A stretch of DNA of 64,000 nucleotides from contig JAWQFM010000015.1 in the NCBI GenBank assembly GCA_033442325.1, forward strand, positions 58,794 through 122,793, written 5' to 3'. Position 1 is the first letter of the stretch; every line of letters starts with the position of its first letter. The position numbers were made by a program, and so were the translations under genes. Below are positions 1 through 25,980 of the stretch, piece by piece. This DNA is from Salpingoeca rosetta. Taxonomy: Eukaryota; Protista; Choanoflagellata. A model generated the notes under the pieces. It saw only the letters and a program-made list of their open reading frames with translations. It searched no databases and had not been told where the DNA came from.

Positions 1-3000
1 TATATCCACACGACAGAGCAAGTGAACGGCATGCTGGCCGAGGCTGGCAAGGCGGTGACGCTGATGGTGGCTCGCGATAAGGACATGTGGCGGCTGTTCG
101 AGCCAAGTGCAGCCGCTGCTCCTGCTCGCACGCTCTCCACACCTTCGCAATCACCATCACCATCGCCACGCCGCGGCACCTCCCTCCGAAAGCGCATCTT
201 CAGCCTCTCGCGCAAGAAGACCAACCGGTCGGGGACGGTGACTGTGCGGGCAAAGCGCATTCGCCTGAGGCGTATCGATGGCAAGTTTGGCGTGACGGTT
301 GCGGGTGATACCAGCCGCCGCGGTCGCGGGGTGTTCGTTGCCGGCGTGAAGAATCTCGATGCAGAGAAGCAAGGACTGGCACGCGGCATGCGCATCATGG
401 AAGCTGACGGCGTCGACACGACCCAGTCCACACAGACACAGGTGCTTGACATCTTCAGCAACGCCGAGGACACGATTGTGCTGCAGGTCATCAGGGACGT
501 GCACGGGTTTGCTGAGTTTGAGGCCGGGCTGTCACGACACGCGTCTACGCGCCCAACACCAGCGACCACTCCTGTCCGCTCTCCTGCGCCCGGGTCATCC
601 CGTCTCCCCTCGCAGACAGATTCTGTGTTTGAGAGCGAGGGTGCCGCTGCCAGCACCAGCACTGCCACCAGCACACACAAGCGCATTATTGTTCGCCGGC
701 AAGAAGGGCGACTTGGGCTTGGGATTGTTGGCGAGTCAACGGCACGTGGGTTTGGCGTGTACATCAGCAACGTCGCCAACACAGACGCAGCGGCGCAGGG
801 CCTGGTGGCAGGGATGCGCATCATGACGGTTGATGGAGAGGATGTGCGGGAACTGTCGCAGGGAGACGTGCTACAGAAACTGGGGAGCAAGCGTGGGGAC
901 GAGGTTGTGCTTGGGGTGATTGGTGATGATGGCGGGTACTCGCGGTTTGTTGAGGTTGCATCGACCCAGACATCGGGAACACCGTCTGTGTCCGAGTCAC
1001 AAGGAAGAGCGGCAGCGGGGCTGGCGTCTGTGACGGAGGAGGCAGAGGAGAGTGATGACGACGACGACGATGACGATGATGGTGATGTGGCCCGTGCCGA
1101 GCAGAAGGCGGTGCAAGAGAAGGCGCAAATGCAGCATGAGGAATCTCGCACCGTTGAGAACCAGCAGCAACCTGAGCAACAGGCAGCAGCAGCAGCTAAT
1201 GTGGAAGAAGAGAACGCCAACGAGGCCGAGGAACAGCGCCACGCTCAAGAGCACGAGCGACAACAACCATCGCAACAACATCCACAGCAAGAGGACCAGC
1301 AAGAGGAAATGGAACGTGAGCAGGATGAGGTGGAGGTGGAGGTGGAACCGTTGCCAGTTGCTGAAGCCGCTGTCCGCCAAGCCGTGCCCATCGCAGCAAT
1401 TGCAGAGGAAGATGAGCACGAGCACGAAGATCACCATGACGAGGTGCAAGCCAGCGATGAAGCAGACGAGGATGGGTCATCCGACAGTGACTCGGGTGAC
1501 GACGAAGATGCACAGCGCATTGTTGTTCGCCGGCAAGACGGGCGGCTCGGGCTTGGTTTGGTTGGCGAGTCGATGGCACGCGGATATGGCGTGTACATCA
1601 GCAACGTCGCTAACACAGATGCAGCAGCACAGGGGCTGGAGGTTGGAATGCGCGTGCTGAGCGTGGATGGCCACGACACGCGGGACGCGACACAGAGCGA
1701 GGTGCTGTCGCTCGTGACGAGCAACGATCACGATGAAGTCATCTTCACCGTCATCCCAGACGACGGCGGGTTTGCCAAGTTTGCGCACGCATCGTCACTG
1801 CCCGGATCAGCTGCTGCAACGCCGCGCCGGCAGTCGAAAGAGGAGACAGCAGCTGCTGACGTGTCTCATGAGCACCCCGACCTGGTGAAGCAGCCCGCGA
1901 TGGACATGAGCCTGTACTCGCGGCGACAGAGTAGCGTAAACGTGCAGCCCATCACCGTTCGCCGGCAAGAGGGGCGACTTGGGCTGGGGATTGTTGGCGA
2001 GTCAACAGCGCGTGGGTTTGGCGTGTACATCAGCAACGTCGCCAACACAGACGCAGCGGCGCAGGGCCTGGTGGCAGGGATGCGCATCATGACGGTCGAC
2101 GGAGAGGATGTGCGGGAACTGTCACAGGGGGACGTGCTGCAGAAGCTGGGAAGCAAGCGTGGGGACGAGGTTGTGCTTGGGGTGATTGGTGATGATGGCG
2201 GGTACTCGCGGTTTGTTGAGGTTGCATCGGCCCAGACATCGGGAACACCGTCTGTGTCCGAGTCACAAGGAAGAGCGGCAGCGGGGCTGGCGTCTGTGAC
2301 GGAGGAGGCAGAGGAGAGTGATGACGACGACGACGATGACGATGATGGTGATGTGGCCCGTGCTGAGCGAGAGCAGCACCAGGAGGAACAGGAACAGGAA
2401 CAGGAGGAAGACTGGGGAGAGGAGAATGAGGGGGAACCGGACAGGGGACAGCAAGATCGTCACGAAGACCAAGACCGCGACCAGCACCAAAAGCAAGAGA
2501 AGCATCAGGGGCAAGAGGAAGTAGAACAGGAACACCGGCAGGAGGAGGAGGTTGCAGTAGTTGCTGAAGCCGCTGTCCGACAATCCGAGCCCATCGCAGC
2601 AATCGCAGAGGAAGCGGAAGAGCAGCAAGAGCAGCAAGGGCAGCAACGCCACGATGAAAGTTCTGACGATGCAACAGAAAGACGAGAGGTCGGTGAGCAT
2701 GACACTGGCAACGGTTCGAGTGCTGATGTTGCTGATGCTGCTGCTGATGATGATGAGGATATTGATGATGATGAAGGCTTTCAACGTGTCGTTGTTCGCC
2801 GGCAAGATGGGCGACTTGGGCTTGGGATTGTTGGCGAGTCAACGGCACGCGGATATGGCGTGTACATCAGCAACGTCGCCAACACAGACGCAGCGGCGCA
2901 GGGCCTGGTGGCAGGGATGCGCATCATGACGGTCGATGGAGAGGATGTGCGGGAACTGTCACAGGGAGACGTGCTGCAGAAACTGGGAAGCAAGCGTGGG

Positions 3001-5413
3001 GACGAGGTTGTGCTTGGGGTGATTGGTGATGATGGCGGGTACTCGCGGTTTGTTGAGGTGGCATCCGCCCAGACATCGGGAACACCGTCCGTCTCTGATC
3101 GCGGGCGTGTGGGTGCACACGACAGCGATTTCCATCACGAACATCAGCCGCTTCCCGAGGAACGCGAGAGTGCAGCGTCGAGCAGTGACGATGACTACGA
3201 AGACGGATCACTGGCTGACAGCGGTGTACAGCGCATTGTCGTTCGCCGGCAAAATGGGCGGCTCGGGCTTGGTTTGGTTGGCGAGTCGATGGCACGCGGA
3301 TATGGCGTGTACATCAGCAACGTCGCTAACACAGATGCAGCAGCACAGGGGCTGGAGGTTGGAATGCGCGTGCTGAGCGTGGATGGCCACGACACGCGGG
3401 ACGCGACACAGAGCGAGGTGCTGTCGCTCGTGACGAGCAACGATCACGATGAAGTCATCTTCACCGTCATCCCAGACGACGGCGGGTTTTCTCGCTTCGG
3501 CACCCCGACGTCTCCCGTTCGCGCACCCCAGCAGCAGCAGGAGCACCAACAACAGCAGAGCGATGCTGCCGCGGCCAGGGATGGCGATACAAACGATGAA
3601 GAGGAGACAGTGCCCGATGCCCCGCCAGCGCTGGTGGAGTGCGACGTGACGAGGACGGACGGCCGGCTCGGTATTGGTCTGCTGGGTCATCCAACCCAGC
3701 AGGGTCTCGGCGTGTACCTGTGCTCTGTCACCAACCCCGTGGCCATTGCTGCGGGCATGAAGAAGGGGCTGCGGCTGGTGCAAGTCAACGACAAGGACCT
3801 GACGTCGGCAACGCAGCGCGAGGCATTCAGCATCCTCACCACAGCCACGGAGCCTGTGCACCTCGCCGCACGCGTGGACACGGACGGATATGCGCGCATT
3901 CAGGGTTTGGCAGACAACGCTGACGCCGGCACCAAGACACACGGGACCCCGCAACCCGTACCACCGTCGCTGCCGATTCGAGTCCTGAACGTGGATGTTG
4001 AGAAGGACCGCGGGCGGCTTGGTTGCGCCATTGTCGTGCATGGGCAGTCTGTGAAGAACACGTACATCAACAGCGCCCACCCGCGCCACGCGGGCCGCGT
4101 ACAGCCGGGCGATTGTGTGGTTGCCGTCAACGGCGAGGTGATTGTTGGCAAGAGCCAGAACGTGGTTGTTGGCCTGATCCAGGCTGCTGGCGATGTTCTT
4201 CGCTTCACCATTGCCCGCTGCCCCAACGTGTCCCTCCCCGTGCGTGACGGCAGCTTCCAGTTTGACGTCACCGCCGCGCCCACCGCGGCCCGTGTCTCCA
4301 TGCCATCTGCAGATGTGGCTGCGGTTGCCTTTGAGGACATTGGGTCTGGCGCACCGACCGTCGCCAAGGACCACACCCCGCTGCGTCGTGGCGATGTTGT
4401 TGCCGCAATTGACTCGAACATGCTCGTCGACAGCACCAGCAGCGACGTGACAGCGTTGGCGGCGCAGTCTGGTCGCGCTCGCACCACATTTACCGTCTGC
4501 CGTGTTGGCGCAGAGGTGTGTGGTTGTGTGCGTGTGAGAGAGAGTGAGTGTGTGTGTGTGTGTGCGTATGTGTGCATGTGTGAGAGAGAGTGTGTGTGTG
4601 TGTGTGTCCGTGTGTGTGTGTGTTTTTCTTTTTTTTCTGCGTCGTGTGTGTAATGTACGCTCGTTGCCTGCTCTTATGCTGCTACATCTCTGCAATTTGT
4701 TTTTCCTCATTGCTTTGCGCTGTTGTGTCTGTGGCAGGTCCCCGCCTCACCTTCCCCGAGCGCTGCGGGTCGGTCCAACACCGACGCCGCAAGTCAGCAG
4801 CAGTCGTCTCCAGCCGAGGGCGCGCAGGACAACGCCAACGATGATGATGATGGCAACAACGCCAGCACTAATGCCAACATCAACGACACCGACACCGACA
4901 GCGCAGAGCCCGATACAGCGGTGATTGTGCTGCACAAGGGCTCGCAGGGCTTTGGGTTTGTTCTCAAGGCGAAGGACAAGCCTGGCCCGCTGACGGTGGG
5001 GCGTGTGCGTGAGGGCGGTGCGGCGTCCAACGAACCGCGGCTGAAGAAGGGCGTTCGCGTCCTCAGTATCAACGGCACCGACACATCCGTCGTCACAAAG
5101 CGTGAGTGCAACAGGCGTGTAGAACACGTACTTGTGTGTGTGTGTGTGTGTGCGTGCGTGTGTGTGTGTGTGTGTGTGTCTGTGTGTGCGCGTGTGCCTG
5201 CGCTGATATGGGTTGCTTGCTCTTGGTCCTTTCAAACGCTCTTCTCAATGTTTATCACGTTCATGTGTCGTTGTTACTCCACCACTCACACTGGCCTTGC
5301 CCATCATCTTCAACTGCGCGCTTTCGATGACGACAGAGGATGCTGGGCGCCTCATCTCGCGCGCCGGCGACACGATGGAGCTCAAGATTGTGCTCGATTC
5401 ATCAACTGCGTGA
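1..5413 (+). CDS. Multi-PDZ domain scaffold protein (about 10 PDZ domains plus a partial one; 5' end outside window)
   Basis: Long exon to about 4516 with repeated PDZ carboxylate-loop motifs (RRQEGRLGLGIVG, RRQDGRLGLGLVG, GKFGVTVAG, GRLGIGLLG) followed by GVYISNV...GLxxGMRIxxVDG, separated by acidic linkers. Further exons at about 4738-5101 (LHKGSQGFGFVLK PDZ) and about 5337-5413 (DAGRLISRAGDTMELKIVLDSSTA*). Confidence 0.9.
691..3488 (+). repeat. Near-identical intragenic PDZ-coding repeats in order X-Y-X-X-Y
   Basis: Type X at about 691-1098, 1957-2362 and 2794-3091. Type Y at about 1512-1772 and 3228-3488. Copies are almost identical at DNA level. Confidence 0.9.
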
Positions 5414-5884
5414 TGTGAGGCATTCGTGTGTGGAATTGCTGCACTCATTTTGTGGACATGTGTGCAGTGCACATGAATGTGCTTTGTCCCCGTGAAGTTT
5501 TTCTATTTGTTGTTTGCACAAGGCTGTCAAGACTGTCCCTTCACAATGCCTGCTTTGTACACTTTCTCACACATTATTTCTCCTTCTTCCTGCTCCTCCA
5601 CATTCTGCCCTTCATTCTGTGCCTCTGTGGCTGGCAGGTGTCAGCTGCTGTCCTCCAGAAGAGATGACAGTTTTGCTTGCAACTGCTGTGTTTCCTGTCG
5701 ATGTTTCTGTTTGTGTGGCATTGCGTGGTGCGTGGAGAAGAGGGGGTGGTAACATGATGAGCACTTGATAGGCGATAGTTGCATGCTGTGCTTTCGTGCG
5801 TGGCAATCCAAGGTTTTGTGTGCTTTTGTGCAACAGGGTGCGTGTGCGACGAAGTGTCGCTGTGGTTTTGTCTCGCGTTACAAC

Positions 5885-9310
<3,426 letters not shown>

Positions 9311-9351
9311 CGCAACCAACAACAACAACACACACAAACAAATCGTTGAGG

Positions 9352-10310
9352 ATGATGATGGGGAGCGATTCGAGACCAGACGAGCAGCAGCAGCAGCAGC
9401 AGCATGGAGCGAAGGAAGTGGAGGTGGAGGGGGAAGCGGGTGTTGTAGTGAGGGGCAATGAGGTTGGAAAGGGTGGGGCTGGTGGTGTGCACAGTGAAGA
9501 ACAAGGGCAGCTGCCGCCAGCATCGCCAAATGAAGGAAGGCGAGACCATCCTGAGGCAACGCCGCAAGCACAGGATGCAGAGACCAGCGGCATCAACGTG
9601 CTTGACGACGATGGTGCAGAGGAGGGCTCGGGCTCGTTATCGATGCCATCATCGCCCATGTCACTACAGAGCAACACGGTGACGTCGCGCAGCGTGGTGG
9701 ACAGTTGGCCAAGCGAGCAACACTCGCACCACACCACCAGCACAGCAGCAACACTGTCAGGAGGCGTGGAGCCACAACACCACCAACAACACCACCAACA
9801 GCACCTACGCCGTCCACGGCAAACCCAAGGCGACATGGGCAAGCGCGGCTCTATACGGCGTGGCTCAAAGAAGCACTCGCGCCACCATCTGGACCCAGAC
9901 CTCCTGTTCCCGGACTTGCCGCGGGAGCGCCGGTCACCACTGCCGTCACTCAGCAAGACCGGTGGTGGCAAGCGGCGAAGCAGCAGCACAGGCGATGCAG
10001 AGCTCGGTAGCCTGTCACCACACCGTGTGCTGCCTGGTATTGGGTCAGCCCGAGGCCCAGAGCAACAACAACAACAGCGCCGCGGCACCTCGGCAACAGA
10101 CCAACGGCCAAAGACAGCGGACTCGACGCGGCAACTGCGCCGACATCGCACGGAGGAGGAGGAGGAGGAGGCTGCCATGGCACCCGTGTTTCCCAGATCA
10201 ACGGACCACAGCCGAGCAGCACAGGACGAACACAACGAAGAAGACCACCAACCACAACCAGACCCACAGGTGTGTGTGTGTGTGTGTGTTTGTGTGTGCG
10301 TGTGTGTGTT

Positions 10311-10364
<54 letters not shown>

Positions 10365-10718
10365 TGCGATGTGATGTCAATCGGCTCATCAGCTGTCACA
10401 ACTTTCAACGCACTGGTTCCTGTGCATGTACAATAGCATCACGACCCACGGGAGATGGCCGTGTATCTGGAGCGCGCTGGCGTTCGCCGAACAGTGCAGG
10501 TGTGCCCATCATGGCTCCATGCACCTGTTGCCTGACTCCCGACGACCCACACGCCTGTGCTGCTTCCTGCTCCCATTTCATCTTCTCGGCACTCATCCCG
10601 TGTGCTTGCGTCTTGCTCGTCGCCGCTCTAGAAACTCGTGGAGGAGCTGGTGCTGGCGCAGCCGGACGCTCCACTCGACTACATGATTGACCTGCTCGAG
10701 CGAGACTTGGCCGCATAG
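9352..10718 (+). CDS. Disordered protein with C-terminal RIIa/Dpy-30-type dimerization/docking (D/D) domain
   Basis: Exon 9352-10269 is low-complexity. Exons about 10437-10499 and 10632-10718 give HHDPREMAVYLERAGVRRTVQ|KLVEELVLAQPDAPLDYMIDLLERDLAA*, matching the D/D pattern YL...L...L....PxxPLxY/F. Confidence 0.7.
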
Positions 10719-10732
10719 ACACACTCACTCAC

Positions 10733-10813
<81 letters not shown>

Positions 10814-11164
10814 CACACACACAAACGTTGTGTGCATGTAAAAGTGTGCAGTGCGTGTCTTGTTGCTGTGCTCGTCTCCTTGTGTCGGGATGGGCTTCTG
10901 GGGTTCGTTTACTTGTGGCTCATGATCATCATGTCGTGTTGTCGTCACTTCACATCACACCATGCCGCAAATGTGTACATATGTGGTGTCACATCATGCA
11001 ACAAGGGCGTGACAGGCATGCTTCGCTGTACAATAAAACTCTCTCTCACACTCACACACTCTCTCACGCATGCAGCAACAGGTGTGGCAACAAGCAGAGT
11101 ACGCGAGTGAGCAACAGCTGGTGGTACTCAGCGTGTGACATGGGGGTATTGGTGAGTGGGTTGG

Positions 11165-17472
<6,308 letters not shown>

Positions 17473-17700
17473 CGCCGCCGCCGTAACCGCCCAGGCAGTG
17501 TAGAGGATTCGTTGAAATCTCCCAACAATCCTCCGTTCACACGTGAAGTGTGCCTTTTTTGCCTTGTGCCTTTGACTTCAGAACCAGCAACCAGCCAGCC
17601 GCAGCCAGCCGCATTCACCAACGCACCTCGCTCGACTCGCTCGACTCTCTGCGTCTTCGATTGGGAACCACTTCCTTCTTCTCCCCTTACATCACCAGTC

Positions 17701-20549
<2,849 letters not shown>

Positions 20550-21356
20550 ACCCCTCGCGCCACACTCGCTCTCTCTCTCTTTGACATGCAGCACCAACCA
20601 ACCAACCAACCAACCAACCAACCCCCTTCACTAGCATCTAAGCTCCTGTGTGGCTTGTCCCACTCGTCGCACAATTCACAGCATCAAACCGACCCATCCA
20701 TCCATTACTCTGTGCTCGTTTGCCTTGTTTGTTTGCTTGGTTCCTTTCGTCGCCAGCCCTCACAGCGGCAAGCCAGCCAGCTTGATTGTTCTTTTCTCGC
20801 CTTTTGCTTCCTGCCTGTTGTTTGTCCTCACCTGTAATCATTTGCACGCGTGCAATATCAGGGCCCTCTCCTTCCTTGTTGTTTGCTTGTTTGTGTGTTT
20901 GTTTGTTGTTCTCGCCTTTCATGCCGAGTGTGTGATGTCGTTGTTGTCGCTCGTAAAAGGCCCTTCCCCGCACACTTCCTGTCAACCACCACCACCACCA
21001 CCACCACCACCACAGCTGCGGCTGTTCTTGGCCTAAAGTTTACTCGATGCGGTCATCAAAGCACACACACATACACACATACACATACATACACATACAC
21101 ACCTGTTTGAATAATACGTCTCCGAGCAGCCCACCGATTGCTGATAACGGCAATCGCACTTGCTTCCCCCCCCCCTTCCCAAAATTCACTCCAACACCAA
21201 ACCACCATCAACCACGGCCCCCCCCCCTCCTTTCCTCTCCTCTCTCAACTATCACGATCAGCAACTGCACCTGCTCGCCACAGCCACGTCCCGGCACCGC
21301 GGTTCGCCTAGAACTATGCAAAGCAGCGGCTGGTCCGTCCGAAGGAGCAGTAGGTG

Positions 21357-22736
21357 CTATGATCGATATGAGGAGAACGCCTTGATGACAGGCTGCTTCT
21401 GCTGCCAGTGCTGTGACGCCAAGTACGCAGCCACCTCCTCCCGCAGCTGTCGATACTCCCCACCAGCCAGACTCCAGCCGTCCTTGGGGCCATCGCATGC
21501 ATAGTCGAACTTGTGCCCCCCTGCGCGGGCCGCCACCTCGGAGAAGGCAGACCACCGACTGAGGAGCACACGCGAGCACCTGCTGAGCAGCATGGCGCTG
21601 GCAGTCGCAATCTGCATGCACGTTGTGTTGCGCGTGGTGCACGTGGGCAGGGCGTGCACGGTGACATGCTGTGCCAGGCCGGCAGCAGCAGAAGGCACGT
21701 CGCTGGATACAAACACTTCTGTGACGGGCGGTTCAAGCGCTGCAATGCGGCCAACAAAATGGCGCCAGTGGCACGCCAGGCGGAAGGGGACAGCAAGGTC
21801 GAGCATGCTGTCACGGTCACCGCCAACCTCACCATGCACGTCCGTGTTCATGCGCACGTGCACGCCCGTGAGCTGCGCGTGGAAGTCTGGGGCATCTGGT
21901 GCACTGACGGGAAGCGACGAGTAGTAGCGGTTGATGATGGCTTGGACGGGACTGCTTGGCTGTCGCAACAGGCCCCTGGTGAGATGATCGTGCCGTGGTA
22001 AGCAGAGTGACGAATGATGTGAGGTGGAGTGAAGATGTGGCGTGAGTCGTGCAGCCATGAACATGTTGAGGAGAGGGGAGGTATTGAAATGAAGTGTCGT
22101 GCAGTGATGAAATCATGACGTGTCAACACGAGGACAACACATCAGATAAGCAAGTCGCACAGCAACTACACACGCATGCGCATGCATACACACTCACGCA
22201 GACACGCACACCGTACCTGAGATAAATGTTGTCGTTGCGGTAGTGCCAGAGCGGCGAGTTGTTGAGTGCGTATGCCGTGGTGATGTACACGTGCTTGCTC
22301 TTGGGGAAATTGAGTGGACTGGCGCGTACCGCTGCGTTGAGCATGTCAACCATCTTCCATGTGCCACGTGCGTTCTTTGCCAACTTGAGGAATTCGGAAC
22401 CATCCTCCACCACAGAGAGGTCCTCGTGCGCTGCAAACAAGTCACGAAACGACGCCTCGCAGTGGTGATCGGGTGTCCACACCACCACCAGCGTGCGCGC
22501 AAGACTGCTTGCCATCGCCATCGCGGAGCTGATGGCCCGTACGCGCGAGCCAAGCCCAAGCTTCACGTCCACCACAAGGGCAGGGCGACCCAGCGCTGGG
22601 TCGTGCATGCGTGCAAGCAGACACATGACGTGGGCGGACGCAGAGGCCGGTACGGACACTTTTGACGCCTGCAGCTATCGACGCGGACATTGGGGTTGGG
22701 ATTGAGCGAGCGTTGTGAGTGTTGTGAGTGTGGTGA

Positions 22737-22790
<54 letters not shown>

Positions 22791-25700
22791 AGTGTGAGTG
22801 AGTGAGAGTGAGTGAGTGTGAGTGAGTGTGAGTGAGTGTAGTGCGTGCATTCGAGTGAGAGCTTGTGGCAGAGGCAGCCAACACAGGAGCAAAACAGCAT
22901 GCATGCATCGATATGCACAATGCAGCACATGCGCATGGGCACCGCGCATCAGTATGTGTGCTTGTGCATGCTTGTCCACACGAGCATGTTTGGTGGTGTG
23001 AACTGTATTCTGTGGTTGCGTCTCACCATCTCCTTGAGCACAACCACCTCCCCCGGCAGCCAGTCGCGGTCACAGCCGAGATCAATGTCGAGTACGTGGT
23101 TACGCACACGCTGCCGCACCTTGTCCAGATACCGCTCCCTGATAACGATGGCGGTGGTGGTGGTGGTGGTGGTGGTGGTGAGATAGAAGTGGTGATGATG
23201 ACATTCTCCGTGGTTGACATTCGGTGGTTGACATTCGGTGTTGGTGGATGTGTCTGGTTTGCCACTACAAATGCACGGACGAATGCATGCGCACGCACAC
23301 GCACACGCACGCACACACATGCACACACAAACAAGCGCAACACGCACACCAGCTCACCGTGCGGGCAGCTTTGGGCTTGGGTCAAACTCCTTGCTGCTGG
23401 GGAGGGTCTCTGAGAAGCGGGTGATGGTCTGTTGGCCGGGAAGCAGCGGCGCCTTAATGCGCTTTCGCCCCCACGTCAGCAGCAACATATCAGATGGCGC
23501 AGGCCACGCGCTCACATCCGGCAGCGGGTCTGGTGGACGTGGAAAGGATGGTGGTGGGGTGTGGTGAGAGTAGGTGGGTTGTGCTGGAAAAGAAAACACA
23601 GAGTACGCACAGACACACACACATCACCACAACCACACACGCACACAGGCACACGCACACACGCACACACGCACACACACACCACACACACGCACGTACG
23701 CACACGCACGCACGTACGCACGCACAAACATGCAAACACAAACACACACACACGCACGCACGCACACACACACACGCACACACGCACACACACTCACGCA
23801 ACACTCACCTTTTGCAGTGACGAGGGGCACCTCGAGGCGCTCTCTGAGGTAGGGGAGCCACTTCTGCTTGATGTTTGTGCCGGCCTCCACGCGCGGGGTG
23901 GTGAGGGACTTGTGGTCCGGCAGGTTGATGCTGATGAGGAACAGGCCCTCCTCCCACATGAACCGCTGCAGGTACTTCTTTGCGCTGCGCTCCGCGTCCC
24001 ACGTGTTGCTCCACGCGTGCGGGATAAACGGGTCCAGCCGGCTGTGGTCCACGTACCAGCGCAGGTAGCGCGCATATGGCGCCGCCACAAACACCGTGCC
24101 CCAGCTGCACGGCTCCTGGATCTTGAAGGGCATGTTGTTGTTGTTGACGGGCCGCTCAAACCGCTGGTTCACCTCGTCCCACTTCTGGTTGTACAGCTTG
24201 TACCCGAGCACGCTCGGGTCCTGCTCCTCGCCCTCCCCGTACCGCCGCACAAAGTGCTCGGCATACACAAACAGCATCTCCGACACCTCAATGTCGTCCT
24301 CGAGAAACATGGCGTACTCCCCCTCCACGGGCGCCCACGCCTCCAGCATCGTCCCGCGCAGGCCCTTTGGCGACGCAGCAAACACCGCCGTCACGGGGCC
24401 GTGCGCCGTCGTCGTCCCAGACAGGCCCGACGCAACCGTCACCTGCTCCTTCCACGCCTCGCTCTCCTCCCGGTCGTAGTCCACGTGGATCACAAAGTAC
24501 GTCGGCATGCCGCTTGGCCGCGCAGCCATCAGCTGCCCCCACAGCCGCTCCTCCCACATGAACCGCTGCAGGTACTTCTTTGCGCTGCGCTCCGCGTCCC
24601 ACGTGTTGCTCCACGCGTGCGGGATAAACGGGTCCAGCCGGCTGTGGTCCACGTACCAGCGCAGGTAGCGCGCATATGGCGCCGCCACAAACACCGTGCC
24701 CCAGCTGCACGGCTCCTGGATCTTGAAGGGCATGTTGTTGTTGTTGACGGGCCGCTCAAACCGCTGGTTCACCTCGTCCCACTTCTGGTTGTACAGCTTG
24801 TACCCGAGCACGCTCGGGTCCTGCTCCTCGCCCTCCCCGTACCGCCGCACAAAGTGCTCGGCATACACAAACAGCATCTCCGACACCTCAATGTCGTCCT
24901 CGAGAAACATGGCGTACTCCCCCTCCACGGGCGCCCACGCCTCCAGCATCGTCGCCCGCAGGCCCTTTGGCGACGCAGCAAACACCGCCGTCACGGGGCC
25001 GTGCGCCGTCGTCGTCCCAGACAGGCCCGACGCAACCGTCACCTGCTCCTTCCACGCCTCGCTCTCCTCCCGGTCGTAGTCCACGTGGATCACAAAGTAC
25101 GTCGGCATGCCGCTTGGCCGCGCAGCCATCAGCTGCCCCCACAGCCGCAGGAAGTTGTCCGGCCGGTTGAACCCAAACACGTGCACAGAGAGGCGGCTGG
25201 TCGTCAATGTCGCCGCTGCTGGTGCAACGGTTGTTGTCATTACTGTTGTGGTGGTGGTTGTTGTTGTCGTCGTTGTCGTCGTTGATTTTGCAGTGGGCCT
25301 AGTGTTGCCTGCCTGCCCTGGCGCGGGTGTCACGTTGAGCCGCTGACTCTTGTCCTGAGCGTCCCTGGTCTCTGTCCCACCATTGTTGCCCTGTGCGGCC
25401 AGCAGTCACAGCAGTGAAACACGGCACCATCATGCGTGTGGTGAGGTGTGGTCACACCGCCGCATGCATGCATACACGCACACACCACGCACACACCACG
25501 CACACAAACACACGCCCAACGCACATTCAAACGACTCAAACGTGCACCAAGAACACACTCATGTGCTCACACATGCTCACACACACGCACACACATGCTC
25601 ACACACATGCTCACATGCACAAAACCTCACTGAGGTCTCACCTTGTTTGGAGCGACAAGGCCTTCGTCTGTGGTTGGATCCATGTCGCTCTTTGGAGTGC

Positions 25701-25980
25701 CTATTGCTCCTGCTGCTGCTGCTTGTGTTGTGCCCTGCACGGTCCCTGCGGCGGCTTGCTGATTCGCCGCCTGTGATTGTGTTGCACTTTTGCGGTCTGA
25801 TGGGAGTGGAGTGTCGCCAGCCCTCCGCACCGGTCTCGGCGTTGTCCAGGGTTGTTCTTGCTGACCATATGTGTCTGCAAGCAACCCTGGCCCCTCTCCA
25901 CCGTTTGTGTGATTCCACAAGACCACCACCATGGCGATACCTGCTGCGACGAGGAACACATAGGCGCGGTGCCTGCTCAT
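21357..25980 (-). CDS. Type II membrane bifunctional glycosyltransferase: GT-A (GT2-like) domain, duplicated in this assembly, plus C-terminal fucosyltransferase-like domain
   Basis: N-terminal anchor [22 protein letters not shown] and Thr-rich stem. GT-A motifs [18 protein letters not shown] and QEPCSWG. Fucosyltransferase-like motifs [22 protein letters not shown] and [21 protein letters not shown]. Confidence 0.8.
23949..25148. repeat. Two-copy tandem duplication with a 600-bp unit, in frame
   Basis: 23949-24548 matches 24549-25148. The only difference noticed is gtcccgcgca versus gtcgcccgca (about 24354 and 24954). Confidence 0.95.

Noticed and set aside
3208-4710. 500-aa minus-strand ORF over the PDZ gene
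   Set aside because: Antisense shadow ORF that begins in an intronic repeat.
23432-25285. 617-aa plus-strand ORF opposite the glycosyltransferase
   Set aside because: Antisense shadow of a GC3-rich exon, with no recognisable motifs.
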